Shown one piece after another: positions 32,785 to 43,110 of a DNA stretch of 64,000 nucleotides. The position numbers were made by a program, and so were the translations under genes. Numbering within the stretch: the stretch's first letter is position 1; each line of letters opens with the position of its first letter. Origin of the DNA: Minisyncoccota bacterium (lineage in GTDB: Bacteria; Patescibacteriota; Minisyncoccia; Phycocordibacterales; CAIZLB01); contig JAIPIA010000003.1 in the NCBI GenBank assembly GCA_021734945.1, positions 92,895 through 156,894 on the forward strand, in the 5' to 3' direction. The notes below the pieces were generated by a model. That model did not search any database, had not been told where the DNA came from, and saw only the letters and a list, made by a program, of their open reading frames with translations.

Positions 32785-34137
32785 TTAGACCCCTACCCTA
32801 GAAAGTAATGTTTTTACTGTTTGAAGTGCGATTTTTAGATCAAGCCACACAGACCGGTGCTTTATATAATACAAATCATATGCAAGTTTTTCTTTTGTCT
32901 CCTCAACTGAGTGTGGTGGCTTCTCATGGTGAATCTGCGCCCAACCTGATAGTCCTGGTTTAATAAGATGACGTACATTGTAATGAGGAATTTCTACTTT
33001 ATAAAATTCTACGAGCTTTGGAAGTTCAGGTCGTGGACCTATAAGAGAAGTCTCACCTTTCAATATAGCCCAAAGCTGTGGAAATTCATCAAGACGTGAT
33101 TTTCGAAGGAATGAACCAAATTTTGTAATTCGCTGGTCATTTTTTGTAACCCAGGCTCCTGCATCATCAACTGTCATACTTCGGAACTTTGGTACATTCA
33201 CTAGTTTATCCCTTTCCCCCACTCTTTGTTGAAAAATGAGAACAGGACCTTTGTGTTCACCAAACTTTGAAGCTATCCAGACTACTGGGTAAAAAAGAAT
33301 CGGTACAATACAAAGTGGCAAAGATATGGCTATATCCATCGCTCGTTTGAGGAAGTCATAAATCACATTTGGCTCAATAGATGCGTGTTTAAGAAACCAA
33401 ACCTCATTTATGAGACCAAGTGGAACCTTGTCGGTAATGTCTTCATACACATTTTGTATTTCGACAAATTGGATATTATTAAAAATAAGACTGTATAAAG
33501 TATCAGCATGCTTTTGAATAACTGGATTAATAAGATCAACAGCAATAACGGCATGAGGATGAGAAGTAACTAAGTTTTTAATTTTATTAATTAATTCCAA
33601 ACTTTCTAAATTTTCAAAGAAAGATGGCTTTAATATTTCCACAATATGTACAGGTGAATTTGAAGCAGACTTTATCTTCTGATCAAGATAATCGATATCA
33701 TCACCCTCAGCTAAGACGATAAGAGGTACACTATTTTGTTTAACAAGCTTTGGATACACAAAAAATCTCCACAATGAAATAAGAACTGATGAAACTACCA
33801 CATAGAGCACAAGAATTACTTTCGGCGTAATTCCAAAATATGGGACGATGTAAAAGAATACAGTAGCAATAGCTAAATTAAAAAGATGTGCCGCGAATAC
33901 ACGTCGAGGGAGTTTGCTCTTTATAAGTAACGTATGAGAATCATATAGACCTGATATAAAAAAAACTAAAAGCCAAGCGGTAAAGATAAAGATAAAAGGA
34001 GACAAAAGAGCAGTAAAATCCTCACCTGAAGGAATGGCTAAGTTTCGAAGCAATAAAGCTACCCAAAGAGAAATGACAAATACAGCAATATCCCCTACTA
34101 AAAGAGTAACAAATTGTCTTTTGCGTGTTGTGGCCAT
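32785..34137 (-). CDS. Initiating polyprenyl phosphoglycosyl transferase (sugar transferase)
   Basis: KRAMD, KFRSM, RLDEFPQ, LIGPRPE, KPGLSGWAQI, DLYYI. Confidence 0.93.
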   Translation of the reverse strand: MATTRKRQFVTLLVGDIAVFVISLWVALLLRNLAIPSGEDFTALLSPFIFIFTAWLLVFFISGLYDSHTLLIKSKLPRRVFAAHLFNLAIATVFFYIVPYFGITPKVILVLYVVVSSVLISLWRFFVYPKLVKQNSVPLIVLAEGDDIDYLDQKIKSASNSPVHIVEILKPSFFENLESLELINKIKNLVTSHPHAVIAVDLINPVIQKHADTLYSLIFNNIQFVEIQNVYEDITDKVPLGLINEVWFLKHASIEPNVIYDFLKRAMDIAISLPLCIVPILFYPVVWIASKFGEHKGPVLIFQQRVGERDKLVNVPKFRSMTVDDAGAWVTKNDQRITKFGSFLRKSRLDEFPQLWAILKGETSLIGPRPELPKLVEFYKVEIPHYNVRHLIKPGLSGWAQIHHEKPPHSVEETKEKLAYDLYYIKHRSVWLDLKIALQTVKTLLSRVGV

Positions 34138-34164
34138 ACTGTGAGATACTATACTATATCCATT

Positions 34165-35403
34165 ATGAAAGAAAAGACATCTGAGAACCACGGTCAAACT
34201 GAGAAACAAAACAAGCGCCCTGAAAAAATACTATTCGTCATTACAAAATCTAATTTTGGAGGTGCTCAAAGGTATGTATTTGAGCTTGCCACTCGCCTTT
34301 CAAAAGAAGGTAACAAAGTAGCAGTTGCGCTCGGTGGTGCTGGAGTTTTAAAAACAAAACTAGAAGAGGCAGGGATTGAAATTTTTCCTATATCAAGCGC
34401 ACAACGCGATATCAGTGTCACAAAAGAGATAAAAGTACTCTGGCGGTTATATTCTATCGTCCGTATATACAAGCCAACTATCGTCCATCTAAATAGTCCA
34501 AAAATTGGTGGCCTCGGAGCTGTTGCAACTCGTATAGGAAGTTTTATAAATAACATGTTCGGCAAAGGTTCTTTTGTTAAAAAAATTATTTATACAAACC
34601 ACGGTTGGCCTTTTAATGAACCTCGTCCAGAGTGGCAACAGATTACTATCCGAATATTCTCATGGTTAACTGTATTTGTAGGGGGCACTACGATAGTATT
34701 ATCTGAAACAGAACGTAATGACGTGAAAAGTTGGCCTTTTGTGCAAAAAAAGTTTTCAATAATAACAAATGGGGTTGCTACATTTAATCTGCTACACAAA
34801 AAAGAAGCACTCACAACTCTCGTTGGAGAAGTGAAGGCAGAACAATGGTTAAACGAAGGGAGAACTATTATTGGTACAATTTCAGAATTACACAAAAACA
34901 AAGGTCTAATTTTTGCATTAGAAGGATTGAACTCATATATTGAGCAGTATCCTGAACAAAAGATTGCATACGTCATAATTGGTGAGGGTGAGATGCGTTC
35001 TGAAATTGAAACTCTAATACGTAATCTATCCTCTCTGAAACCTGAGCAGATTATCCTTGCTGGTCATGTGAATGAGGCTCGCGAATATCTCCAGGCATTC
35101 GACCTCTTTTTGCTTTCATCTGTCAAAGAAGGTCTACCGTTCGCCTTATTAGAAGCTGGATATGCCGGCATACCTGTTATTAGTACATCAGTTGGAGGCA
35201 TTCCTGAGGTAATACAAAATCTAGAAAATGGAATCCTCATCGCCCCAAGACGCCCACAAGAGATTAAGAATGCGCTTGTTTATCTTAATGAACACCCTGA
35301 AGTAAAGGAGCAAATGGTTAAGAAGTTCAAAGAAAAGATAAACCAAAAATATAACTTTGAATTAATTGTCGCCGACATAAAGAAGCTCTACGAGATAAAA
35401 TAG
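34165..35403 (+). CDS. Family 4 glycosyltransferase
   Basis: GGAQR, HKNKG, EGLPFALLEA, VGGIPE. Confidence 0.92.
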   Translation: MKEKTSENHGQTEKQNKRPEKILFVITKSNFGGAQRYVFELATRLSKEGNKVAVALGGAGVLKTKLEEAGIEIFPISSAQRDISVTKEIKVLWRLYSIVRIYKPTIVHLNSPKIGGLGAVATRIGSFINNMFGKGSFVKKIIYTNHGWPFNEPRPEWQQITIRIFSWLTVFVGGTTIVLSETERNDVKSWPFVQKKFSIITNGVATFNLLHKKEALTTLVGEVKAEQWLNEGRTIIGTISELHKNKGLIFALEGLNSYIEQYPEQKIAYVIIGEGEMRSEIETLIRNLSSLKPEQIILAGHVNEAREYLQAFDLFLLSSVKEGLPFALLEAGYAGIPVISTSVGGIPEVIQNLENGILIAPRRPQEIKNALVYLNEHPEVKEQMVKKFKEKINQKYNFELIVADIKKLYEIK

Positions 35404-35421
35404 TTTTATATTTTAATAAAA

Positions 35422-36537
35422 CTACACACCTAGAAACTCATTTTTGATTACCTCACGATGCGTTGCTCGCGAATATCTAATCATACCCATAAGTATCCCC
35501 AGACCTATAAACTCGGTCACCAAATGAGAACCACCATAACTCATGAATGGCACCGGAATACCTGTTACAGGCATCACTCCAATATTCATACCAATATTTA
35601 TAGTAAGGTGCACCATGAAAAATATTGCAAGGCCCATCGCATATAATGTTTCAAAATTTGTCTCGCCTCTCATGGCCCATACAATAATTCTACCAATGAT
35701 GATTATATAAAGTATAAAAAGTATTATTACCCCGACGAATCCCCACTCCTCTGCAAACGCAGCGAAAATAAAGTCTGTTTCGTATTCAGGTAAAAATTTG
35801 AGTCTAGACTGTGTTCCATATCCAATCCCCTTGCCAACAACCTCACCCGACCCAACAGTGATCATAGCTTGATACGCGTTATATCCACTACCTCGTATAT
35901 CGGCCAATGGATTTATAAAGTTCATGATTCTGTGTTTTTGGTATTCTTTAAACCCAAAATTCCAAAGTCCTGCAAATGATATAACTCCAATCGCAAAAAC
36001 AAGTGCAAGATGCTTTTTTGAAATACCTGAGATAAGAACCATACCTAACCAAATAGAAAAAATAGTAATAGCAGATCCGAAGTCAGGCTGTAGGGCAACA
36101 AGAAGAAAAAGAATACCGGCATACACGGCAGAAACAATAATATGTCTAATGTGTGCAATTTGGACATGGCGTCTTGAGAAGTATTTTGCTAACAGTAGGA
36201 TAAGTACCAGTTTTACAAAGTCGACCGGCTGGATCGAAAATAGGCCGAAATTAAGCCATGATTTAGCACCTTTTGAGACATACCCCACTATAAAAAGTGA
36301 GAGTAAAGCTAAGGCTGAAAAAAGGTACAAAGATACAATGACATATGTTCTACGCAAAAATCTAAAATCAATAAAACTGCATATAAAAAATAGCAAAAAA
36401 GAAACTCCTATCCAGATAAGTTGTCTCCCCGCATAGTTTCCCTCTCCAGTAAAAGAATTCATAGTTAAAAGACTAATTATCAAAATTGGAATTAGTGAAC
36501 CGACGATATACCAATCAATTTTTAGTGCTCTAAACAT
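35422..36537 (-). CDS. rodA: SEDS family peptidoglycan polymerase RodA
   Basis: GAKSW, QPDFG, LPEYETDFIF, PVTGIP.PFMSYGGS. Confidence 0.9.
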   Translation of the reverse strand: MFRALKIDWYIVGSLIPILIISLLTMNSFTGEGNYAGRQLIWIGVSFLLFFICSFIDFRFLRRTYVIVSLYLFSALALLSLFIVGYVSKGAKSWLNFGLFSIQPVDFVKLVLILLLAKYFSRRHVQIAHIRHIIVSAVYAGILFLLVALQPDFGSAITIFSIWLGMVLISGISKKHLALVFAIGVISFAGLWNFGFKEYQKHRIMNFINPLADIRGSGYNAYQAMITVGSGEVVGKGIGYGTQSRLKFLPEYETDFIFAAFAEEWGFVGVIILFILYIIIIGRIIVWAMRGETNFETLYAMGLAIFFMVHLTINIGMNIGVMPVTGIPVPFMSYGGSHLVTEFIGLGILMGMIRYSRATHREVIKNEFLGV

Positions 36538-36596
36538 TATTTAAAAAATATGTAAATCCAAACAAAAGGTTAATCCAACAATACAAGTAAACAATA

Positions 36597-37361
36597 CTAA
36601 ATCGGCAACTTAGGAATAATCTCCACCTTAGACACTTCATCAGTAAAACCTGTAGGCCATGTAAATACAAGAGGAGATTCATCATTCCCACGAATAATAT
36701 CTACAACAGTCTTCGAAGCTGCAAAAGCGTTACCTTCTTTATTATAGATAATCGCAACGACTTCAATATTTGTATATTTATTGATGGTTTTATTTAATAA
36801 AGTTGCCTTAATAGTAGGAGTTGTCGTAGCAAAAAGGACTCTCTCATCAATAACATCAAGTTCAGGTTTAGACGCTTCAAACTTATTCCACACAGCAGGT
36901 GCCGTAAATTCAAACACCGCTTTCGCTGGTTCACGCGTACCTGCATCAAACGCAGGTTCAAATATTGGGAAAGTTTTTGCTGGTGGAACGCGAGCATACC
37001 CTTCTCTCGTGCCAAGCAATACATTTTCCTTATCGTATACAAGGAAAATGTAAGGAATTGGTTCTGCTGTGTAATTTACATTTGGATTTTGTACGTACGC
37101 AACTAAGTTGTTAAGCCCACGTGCAACATTAAAAGAACGAGACCATGTGACTATAGGCTCTGGTAAAACATCACGTGAACACGCTCTTTCACAAGAACCT
37201 CCACAATCAACCTCGACTTCCCTGCCATTCATTTTTCCATCAAAACAAGTTGGAAGTGCATTAAAAAAAACAAAATAGACAGGAATACCAACAATCAAAA
37301 TAAGAAATAGGAGTACTCCTGCACCATACATAAGTTGTCGCTGATGTGCCCAAGAAAACAT
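36597..37361 (-). CDS. Membrane-anchored CPR hypothetical protein
   Basis: TM helix then PTCFDGKMNG.E..VDCGG.C...C motif and beta-rich domains. Confidence 0.7.
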   Translation of the reverse strand: MFSWAHQRQLMYGAGVLLFLILIVGIPVYFVFFNALPTCFDGKMNGREVEVDCGGSCERACSRDVLPEPIVTWSRSFNVARGLNNLVAYVQNPNVNYTAEPIPYIFLVYDKENVLLGTREGYARVPPAKTFPIFEPAFDAGTREPAKAVFEFTAPAVWNKFEASKPELDVIDERVLFATTTPTIKATLLNKTINKYTNIEVVAIIYNKEGNAFAASKTVVDIIRGNDESPLVFTWPTGFTDEVSKVEIIPKLPI

Positions 37362-37385
37362 GATATGTGCATTATATCAGATAAA

Positions 37386-37415
37386 CAAAAAGACCGCCTT
37401 TAGGGCGGAATTTTA
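37386..37415 (-). terminator. Terminator of the 23S-5S unit
   Basis: CCGCCCTAAAGGCGG followed by TCTTTTTG on the minus strand. Confidence 0.75.
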
Positions 37416-37491
37416 TTTTGCTTCTTGTATTGAAAGAGTCGGGGCTTATTATCTTATAAAAAATAATTGTTCGACTTATATTGACCACTCT

Positions 37492-37603
37492 GTTCTGGCG
37501 ACGAGCTACTTTTCCCACATAGTGAGTATCATTGCCCCTGAAGAGCTTAACTTCTGAGTGCGGAATGAGATCAGGTGTGACCTCTTCGGTGAGCCACCAG
37601 AAC
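37492..37603 (-). rRNA. rrf: 5S rRNA
   Basis: GTTCTGGTG...CACACCTGATCTCATTCCGCACTCAGAAGTTAAGC...CGCCAGAAC terminal pairing; flanking stem TATATTGACC / GGTCAATATA. Confidence 0.93.
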
Positions 37604-37674
37604 GCAATGGTCAATATAATTTTAAGGTTTAAGAGAAAGGGCAAATATTTTTGCCTTTGTTTTGCCTAAATGAA

Positions 37675-37748
37675 TGGGCCGTGTGCGAGGAATTGAACCT
37701 CGTCCTCTCGGTTAACAGCCGAGCGCTCTAACGATGAGCTACACACGA
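37675..37748 (-). tRNA. Atypical tRNA with GTT (Asn) anticodon between 23S and 5S
   Basis: TCGTGTG-TA-GCTC ATCGTTA GAGC-G-CTCGG CTGTTAA CCGAG-AGGA-CGAGG TTCAATT CCTCG-CACACGG-C-CCA. Confidence 0.85.
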
Positions 37749-38138
37749 CGGCTATTGAGAGTAATCAATGAACAACTCTCTCTTAAACCTTAAAATTCTC
37801 AATTTCAATACAAGTAACAAATAAAAGTGATCGTGATAATCATATTTCCTAATAGAATCGATGCATTAGTACACCTCAGCTCAACGTATTACTACGCTTA
37901 CACTTAGTGCCTATCAACGTGATCATCTCTCACGGATCTCAAACGATACCTAATCTTGAAGCTGGCTTCGCTCTTAGATGCTTTCAGAGCTTATCCATTC
38001 CCAACATAGCTACCCTGCAATGCCACGGGCGTGACAACAGGTACACCAGAGGTCAGTTCACCCCGGTCCTCTCGTACTAAGGGCAAATCTTCTCAAGTAT
38101 CAACGCCTGCAGTAGATAGGAGACCAACCTGTCTCACG

Positions 38139-38493
38139 CATGTTTTTCACTTATTACTAAGTGCATTGGACTATATCTTCATCTGTTCATATATCGAAGT
38201 GATATTTGAATTGAGATGGCTTACGTTTAGTCTCTACGGGCTTCACAAACTGTGAATTCCCTCGGTGTTATCCATACATACTCCTGTATGTACCGGACTT
38301 CCCCGATATAAGTAAGCTGTGTCATATATATCACTATGTATGACCGCCGTGTATAGGTTGTATCTCTATAATTTAATTATGTTAACAGTTTTCATTCTCA
38401 TTTAAGAGATTTGATGTCCTCGGTGGATTCAGACTGTTCAGTGGCCAAAATAAAAACTTTGTATTGCTACATCATAATTACCTTAAACACTGA
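38139..38493 (-). mobile_element. Group I intron at 23S position 2593 (E. coli numbering), 355 nt, no ORF
   Basis: Interrupts GACCGU|CGUGAG; ends in G; P3 GCUUAC/GUAAGC, R CCGUAGAGACUA, S AAGAUAUAGUCC; IGS CACGGCGGUC at 38342-38351. Confidence 0.93.
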
Positions 38494-38827
38494 ACGGTCT
38501 GAACCCAGCTCGCGTGACTTTTTAATTAGCGAACAGCTAAACCCTTGGGACCTTCTCCAGCCCCAGGATAAGTCGAGCCGACATCGAGGTGCCGAACTCC
38601 GCCGTCGATATGGACTCTTAGGCGGAACTAGCCTGTTATCCCCAGAGTAGCTTTTGTCAGATAATCTTTTGCCGCGTCTAAAGCGTACAATCGGTTCACT
38701 ACGTTCTGCTTTCGCATCTGCTTGACATTGACGTCTCACAGTTAAGCCGGCTTATGCCGTTGCACTATCGGCACGGTTTCCATTCGCGCCTAGCCGACCT
38801 TAATAAACTCCTCCGTTACTTTTTGGG

Positions 38828-39163
38828 CATTTGTGTTAGCTGCATGTCACCATGCAGATCGGACTATATAATTATCTTAAGATTTAATTTAAGATAGCTG
38901 GGTTGTAGTCTCTACGGGTGATCAAAACTTTTACATTTATCTCGTCCCTCGGAATTGTCTTAACTTTGCTTTCGGCACGATTAAGGTTTTTCCCGATATA
39001 ACCAACTTTGCTTACAATAATTGCTTACTGTAGTCCCCCTTTTTGTTTTTTTCGAAGAATGACGTCTTCTGGAGGCGCCACGGTTCAGAACACAATTTCT
39101 TAAAATAAATTAAGATTCACGGCAATTTAATTTTATTTAAATTGCAGTCTAATTGCATCCTGA
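38828..39163 (-). mobile_element. Group I intron at 23S position ~2262 (E. coli numbering), 336 nt, no ORF
   Basis: Interrupts CUAUCCU|CCCAAA; ends in G; P3 GUUGG/CCAGC, R CCGUAGAGACUA, S UAUAUAGUCC; IGS GGGGGA at 39034-39039. Confidence 0.92.
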
Positions 39164-39476
39164 AGGATAGCGCCCCACCAAAACTGCCCACCAGATACTG
39201 TTCCTTCGCGTTTTTGCCGCGGAGGTTAGAACGTATGCTTTCACAGAGTGGTATTTCACTGACGAGTCCACCTAAACCGAAATCTAGATATCAACCTCTC
39301 CCACCTATGCTACGCAGTAAATACATACGCTCAATACCAAGTTGCAGTGAAGCTTCTGGGGTCTTTTCGTCTAACTGCAGGTAGGAGGCATCTTCACCTC
39401 CATTGCATTTTCACCGAGCGGGTCTTCGAGACAGTTCCCAAGTCATTACACCATTCGTGCGCGTCTGAACTTACCA

Positions 39477-39527
<51 letters not shown>

Positions 39528-40946
39528 CAGGGCTTACACCGTCCAGCACGCATATTGCTATGGCACCGCCGGCGTTTGACCTTCTGGCATTGGTCAGGTG
39601 TCACCCCCTATACATCGTCTTGCGACTTCGCAGGGAGCTGTGTTTTTGGTAAACAGTTGCTTGGGAAACTTTTGTTGCAACCCTCTTTTTAGGGAGGGCG
39701 AGCCTTATTCCGAAGTTACGGCTGCTTTTTTGCCGAGTTCCTTGAAGACCTCTCACTCGTTCGCCTTGGTCTACTCGACCTGATCACCTGTGTCGGTTTG
39801 CGGTACGGTTTTCGCATACATAAGTTTAGAAGATTTTCTCGGAAGCGTGCTTTATTAAATCGGTACAGGACGAATCCCGCACTGTATCACTCTGCTTGGA
39901 ATTGATATTAAAATCAGTCTGCGGATTTACCTACAGAACTTCCTCACAGCATGAACGCAAATCCAATTATGCGCTTAACATACTACACTTCGTCTCTCCA
40001 TCACTGCATGCGAAAGTCATGGAATATTAACCATGTGTCCATCGGGTTCGGATCTCTCCATCCCCTTAGGCCCGACTAACCCTTCGTCGACAATCGTTGC
40101 GAAGGAAACCTTGATCTTTCGGCGTCGGGGTTTTTCACCCCGATTGTGGTTACTTGTGCCAACATTCTTACTTCTTGACGCTCCAGCATGGGTCACCCCT
40201 TTGCCTTCATCGCGGACAAGAATACTCTCCTACCGATCCATCTGTCCGAAGACAAATGAATCCCTCAGTTTCGGTACTATGTTTTAACCCCGCTTATCTG
40301 CGGCGCAGAGTCTCTAGATGAGTGAGCTGTTACGCTATCTTTCAAGGATTGCTGCTTCTAAGCAAACCTCCTCATTGTCTCTGAAACTCCACCACCTTAA
40401 GTGTACTTAACATAGATTTAGGGACCTTAAATTGAGATCAGGGCTGTTTCCCTTTTGTCTGATGTAGCTTAGCCCACATAGACTGACTGCCACGCTATGA
40501 CTCTGAATATTCGGAGTTTGATAGGACTTGCGAGATTTCTCCCTGTCAAGTCCTTCCAGTGCTCTACCCCTCAGAGGAACACGTGACGCTAACCCAAAAG
40601 CTATTTCGGAGAGAACCAGCTATTACCAAGCTCGATTAGCTTTTCACTTCTTACCACAAGTCATCCCAATGAGTTGAACGACATACGGGTTCGGGCCTCC
40701 ATCTATCTTTCGATAAACTTCACCCTGCTCATGGTAAGCTCGCATTGGCTTCGGGTCTGATACATACTACGTACGCGCTATTCACACTCGGTTTCCCTGC
40801 GGCTCCATCCTCTCGGACTTAGCCTGCAGCATGTATCAACTCGTTGGCTCATTCTTCAATAGGCACGCCGTGACGGATATAAATATCCGCTCCGACTCCT
40901 TGTAGGCATATGGTTTCAGGTCTATTTCACCGCCCTTACCGGGCTG

Positions 40947-40983
<37 letters not shown>

Positions 40984-41995
40984 ATCACAACAGATATTTA
41001 GCCTTAGCAGTTAGTACTGCTGGATTCCTCCGAGCTATTCATGTCTCGAAGTACTCAAGAATGGAGATAAGAGACATTTTGTTTTCGCATACGGGACTAT
41101 CACCCTCTAGGGTCAAGCTTCCCAGCTTGTTATGCTAACAAAACGTTTTGTAACTCTTTGAATATAAATATTCCATCTCCACCTTACAACCCCGAGCTAC
41201 CCAATGGATTGTGCAAAATGTTTAACGACTTTACACTTTCCATTGGAAAGCTCGGTTTGGGCTCTTTCCCTTTCGCTCGCCGCTATTCAGGAAATATTTC
41301 TCTTACGAGATTGTTTTCTATTCCTCCAGGTACTGGAATGTTTTACTTCCCTGGGTGCGCATCCTGATAAATCAGGATTACAGATCAAGTCTGTAGGGTT
41401 TCCCCATTCGGATATCTCCGGATCAAAGATTGCTTAGCATCTCCCCGAAGCGTTTCGCCGCTATGCTGCGTCCTTCATCGCTCTGTTGTGTCAAGGCATC
41501 CACCATACGCCCTTATATTTCCATTAGGAAATATAAAAACCACAATCACTTTTATTTGTTACCTGTTCTCTCATTATTCTCTTGAGAAAGAATAATGAGT
41601 TTGTTGAAGGTTCAAACTGTTTAGTATTTTGCAATATTTTTAAGTTCAAGTTCTTACACTTGAAAATTAAACAGCTTGTTTTAGTACTTCAACTCTGTCT
41701 CCGGAAAAAAGACCTCAGAGATATGAGAGTTAAATTACCGCACACTACTTTTCAAATGAATGAAAAATCTTGTACGGCACTTCACTGCTCTCGTATCAAA
41801 GTCCAGGACAGTATTAAATTTACAAGGTGTATGTTGACTGGATGGTTTATGGTTTGCTGGTTTCTTTAAAAAAGAAATTCGCTCCCTTTTGGAGAGCGGT
41901 TTTCAAAATAGCACCTTAGGCTTTTAACAGCTTTGAGGCGCTACGTTGGATTTCCGCTGATCCTTCATAAACGATTAACATATCTGATAAGGGCT

Positions 41996-42023
41996 ATTAT
42001 ACAGACGTCGAAACCTTTGTCAA
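41996..42023 (-). promoter_or_regulatory. 23S-5S rRNA promoter
   Basis: TTGACA-AAGGTTTCGACGTCTG(16 nt)-TATAAT; shares TTGACAAAGGTT with the 16S promoter. Confidence 0.8.
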
Positions 42024-42226
42024 CAACAAAAAGCATCTATTTCGCACTATCTGTGGTTAGACCTTAAATATCCTTCTTTATCAATATATTTTGTTGCTTA
42101 TAGCCTATTTTTAGGGCTATTTTAAAATACGAAAAATGACCCTTTTTAGGGGTCATTTTGCGGTCTGATACATAAAGTAGGCTTACTACGATGTATTAGA
42201 CTAGTTTTTTCTTAACTTATCTTTAT

Positions 42227-42916
42227 TTATCTTTTAGAAATATCAGATAGTGATTTTTCTAAGATTCGAGCAGCTACCTCCTTTCCGCCTAGACCAAACG
42301 CAAGTCCGAAAGCAAGAGAAAACGCTACTACTATACCTATGAACAAAATCTGTACTAGAGCTGAAGCAATATCAAGCTGTACTAAGGCTGTAAGAACAGC
42401 AAATACAACGATAGCCCACTTTGTAATAGATCCGAGTACTTTAGATGAAGTAATATGTGCATTTGCAGCAGCACCAGAAACAACCTTTTTTGCAACTTCT
42501 CCAATAATCACTGATACGAGAAGAATAAGAATTGAGGCAATTACTCGTGGTAAGTATCCGACAATAATAGTCTCTAGATAATTACTCACATCTACAAGTC
42601 CAAAGACTTTTAGTGCCGCGAGGAAGAATACTGCAATAACAAACCATCGAATTAAACCTCCTACAAAAGCACCTGAATTTAACTTGATATCCCCTTTATT
42701 GAGAGGACCTTCAATTCCTGCTTGTCTCAAAATATTATCAATCTTGAGAGTTACAAATAGTTTTTCGACTAGACCGTCTAAAAAAGCGCCCAATATCCAA
42801 CCTACTGCAAATATAATTATTGCAGCTAAAAGGTATGCACCAAATTGTAAGAAAGCTGGAGCAAAACCTGAAAAAGCTGTACTCAACGCGTCACCCCAAG
42901 TCTGAATAATTGTCAT
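42227..42916 (-). CDS. MscS-like TM-helix repeat membrane protein
   Basis: YLPRVIASILIL repeat, LAFGLAFGLGGKE motif. Confidence 0.8.
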   Translation of the reverse strand: MTIIQTWGDALSTAFSGFAPAFLQFGAYLLAAIIIFAVGWILGAFLDGLVEKLFVTLKIDNILRQAGIEGPLNKGDIKLNSGAFVGGLIRWFVIAVFFLAALKVFGLVDVSNYLETIIVGYLPRVIASILILLVSVIIGEVAKKVVSGAAANAHITSSKVLGSITKWAIVVFAVLTALVQLDIASALVQILFIGIVVAFSLAFGLAFGLGGKEVAARILEKSLSDISKR

Positions 42917-43110
42917 GTGTTTTAGTGAAATCATACTGCACAATGTTTGACCGTAAGGTATCAAATTGAAACCCTGCAACCAGAACTCCACTTGTACAAA
43001 TATAAATCTTATTAATTAGTATGTAATATGTGGCCAAAGGCCTTGAAGTTAAACTTCAAATGGGGCGACTACCCCTGTAGCATTATTATATCATTTTTTT
43101 CACAAGGAAA

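Noticed and set aside
38425-39163. Box C/D guide interpretation of the CUGA in the intron modules
   Set aside because: The antisense segment lies 3' of CUGA rather than 5', no paired RUGAUGA box C is present in both, and CUGA is explained by pairing with the intron-initial UCAG.
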